A stretch of 64,000 bases of DNA, from the NCBI GenBank assembly GCA_964270895.1, contig OZ185439.1; one strand, written 5' to 3'. This DNA comes from Podarcis filfolensis. Lineage: Eukaryota. This document shows positions 63,054-64,000 of the stretch, piece after piece (within the stretch, counting starts at the first letter, position 1; each line of letters opens with the position of its first letter). Under the pieces are notes generated by a model. The model did no database searches and was not told the origin of the DNA. It worked only from the letters and a program-made list of their open reading frames with translations. A program made the position numbers and the translations under genes.

Positions 63054-64000
63054 CTGCTATCTCCCCTTCTTGTGTATGGTGCTGTTTTGGCCACGTAAAC
63101 TATGGCACCCACATAACTGAGACTGCTATTAGTATATGCAAGTGGGACCCAACAACAAAACATCTCTCTCTGTGTGTGAATGTGTCAGAGGGTTGTAGCC
63201 TTCAAAACTTGACCTTTTAAGGCAAGAGGCTTCCCAGTGTGAATTAATGGATGTGTGCCAGTTACTGAGTGAGCAAGTGAATGGCTGGAGTTGTGCCCAT
63301 CTCCAACTATATCAAAATATTGGATTTTTTTTTATTGGTTTCTATGGATAACTTGGACTTCTGTCCCCCAGGACATTTAAGAATTGTTCCTCACTGTGAA
63401 CCAGAAAACTAACTAATCGAAATAATGGGATAGCTCTCTCTACTCTTTTTATATCAGTGTGTCCCTACTTTCCATCTCATTTCCCAAACATTCCATTTCA
63501 TTCCCTTTCCATCTGGTTTTAGTGTTTTTCCTCTCAATGACCGGTCAGTATTCCATGGTCACTGGGCCCACCCACTGGCCACATTAAGATACTTGCTTCA
63601 GGTGGTGGATCTGAAATGTGTGCCATGCTGAAAGACTGTATCCTCACTTAAATTCTGAAATGAATCTGTAGAGCGCACGTCTGATTTATGTTTGGACTTT
63701 CCTATTGAACAAGTGATAGGAAAACACAAACCTGATTAAGTATACTTCCATTTATTTATGTGCATAATCTCCTTAGCAGAGTCAGAAGAATTTGTTCTTA
63801 TAAGTCCACTATTTCCTGATATTCACTGTTATTGTGGAACAGGCGTTTTACAATGAAGGGCACAACAGTTTAAGGAGGAAAGCAAATATTGTTGACTTAT
63901 AGAAGAAACAGAAGTGAAGATAAAATTAAAAATATGCTTTGGGAACCTAGAAAAAATAAAAGCCTATCTTGTATGGAAAATATTCATCTAATAGATACAT

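Overview
This is non-coding vertebrate genomic DNA. The Sauria/Squam1 SINE subfamily, together with CR1, L2 and BovB retroelements, points to a squamate, most likely a lacertid lizard. I recognise no host protein-coding gene, rRNA, tRNA gene or CRISPR array. The window looks like a large intron or gene desert: transposable elements interspersed with TE-poor, enhancer-like blocks, plus two assembly gaps. The only long ORF (559 aa, minus strand) is the reverse transcriptase of a young, 5'-truncated L2 LINE. The most notable object is a complete ~2.03 kb minus-strand retroposed element at 20714-22742. It has an L1-type CpG-rich 5' end with ETS and YY1 motifs, AATAAA plus poly(A), and a ~17-20 bp target-site duplication, but no ORF2. 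It carries one unrecognised 145 aa ORF, which becomes ~201 aa if a single-T frameshift is repaired, so it may be a HAL1-like non-autonomous family. Also present: an internally deleted Chapaev3 transposon whose transposase N-terminus the ORF track missed, a TG...CA solo LTR with a perfect 5 bp TSD, a Copia gag/protease relic, a 5S rRNA-derived SINE, and several nested insertions. Family names come from recalled consensus sequences, not database searches.
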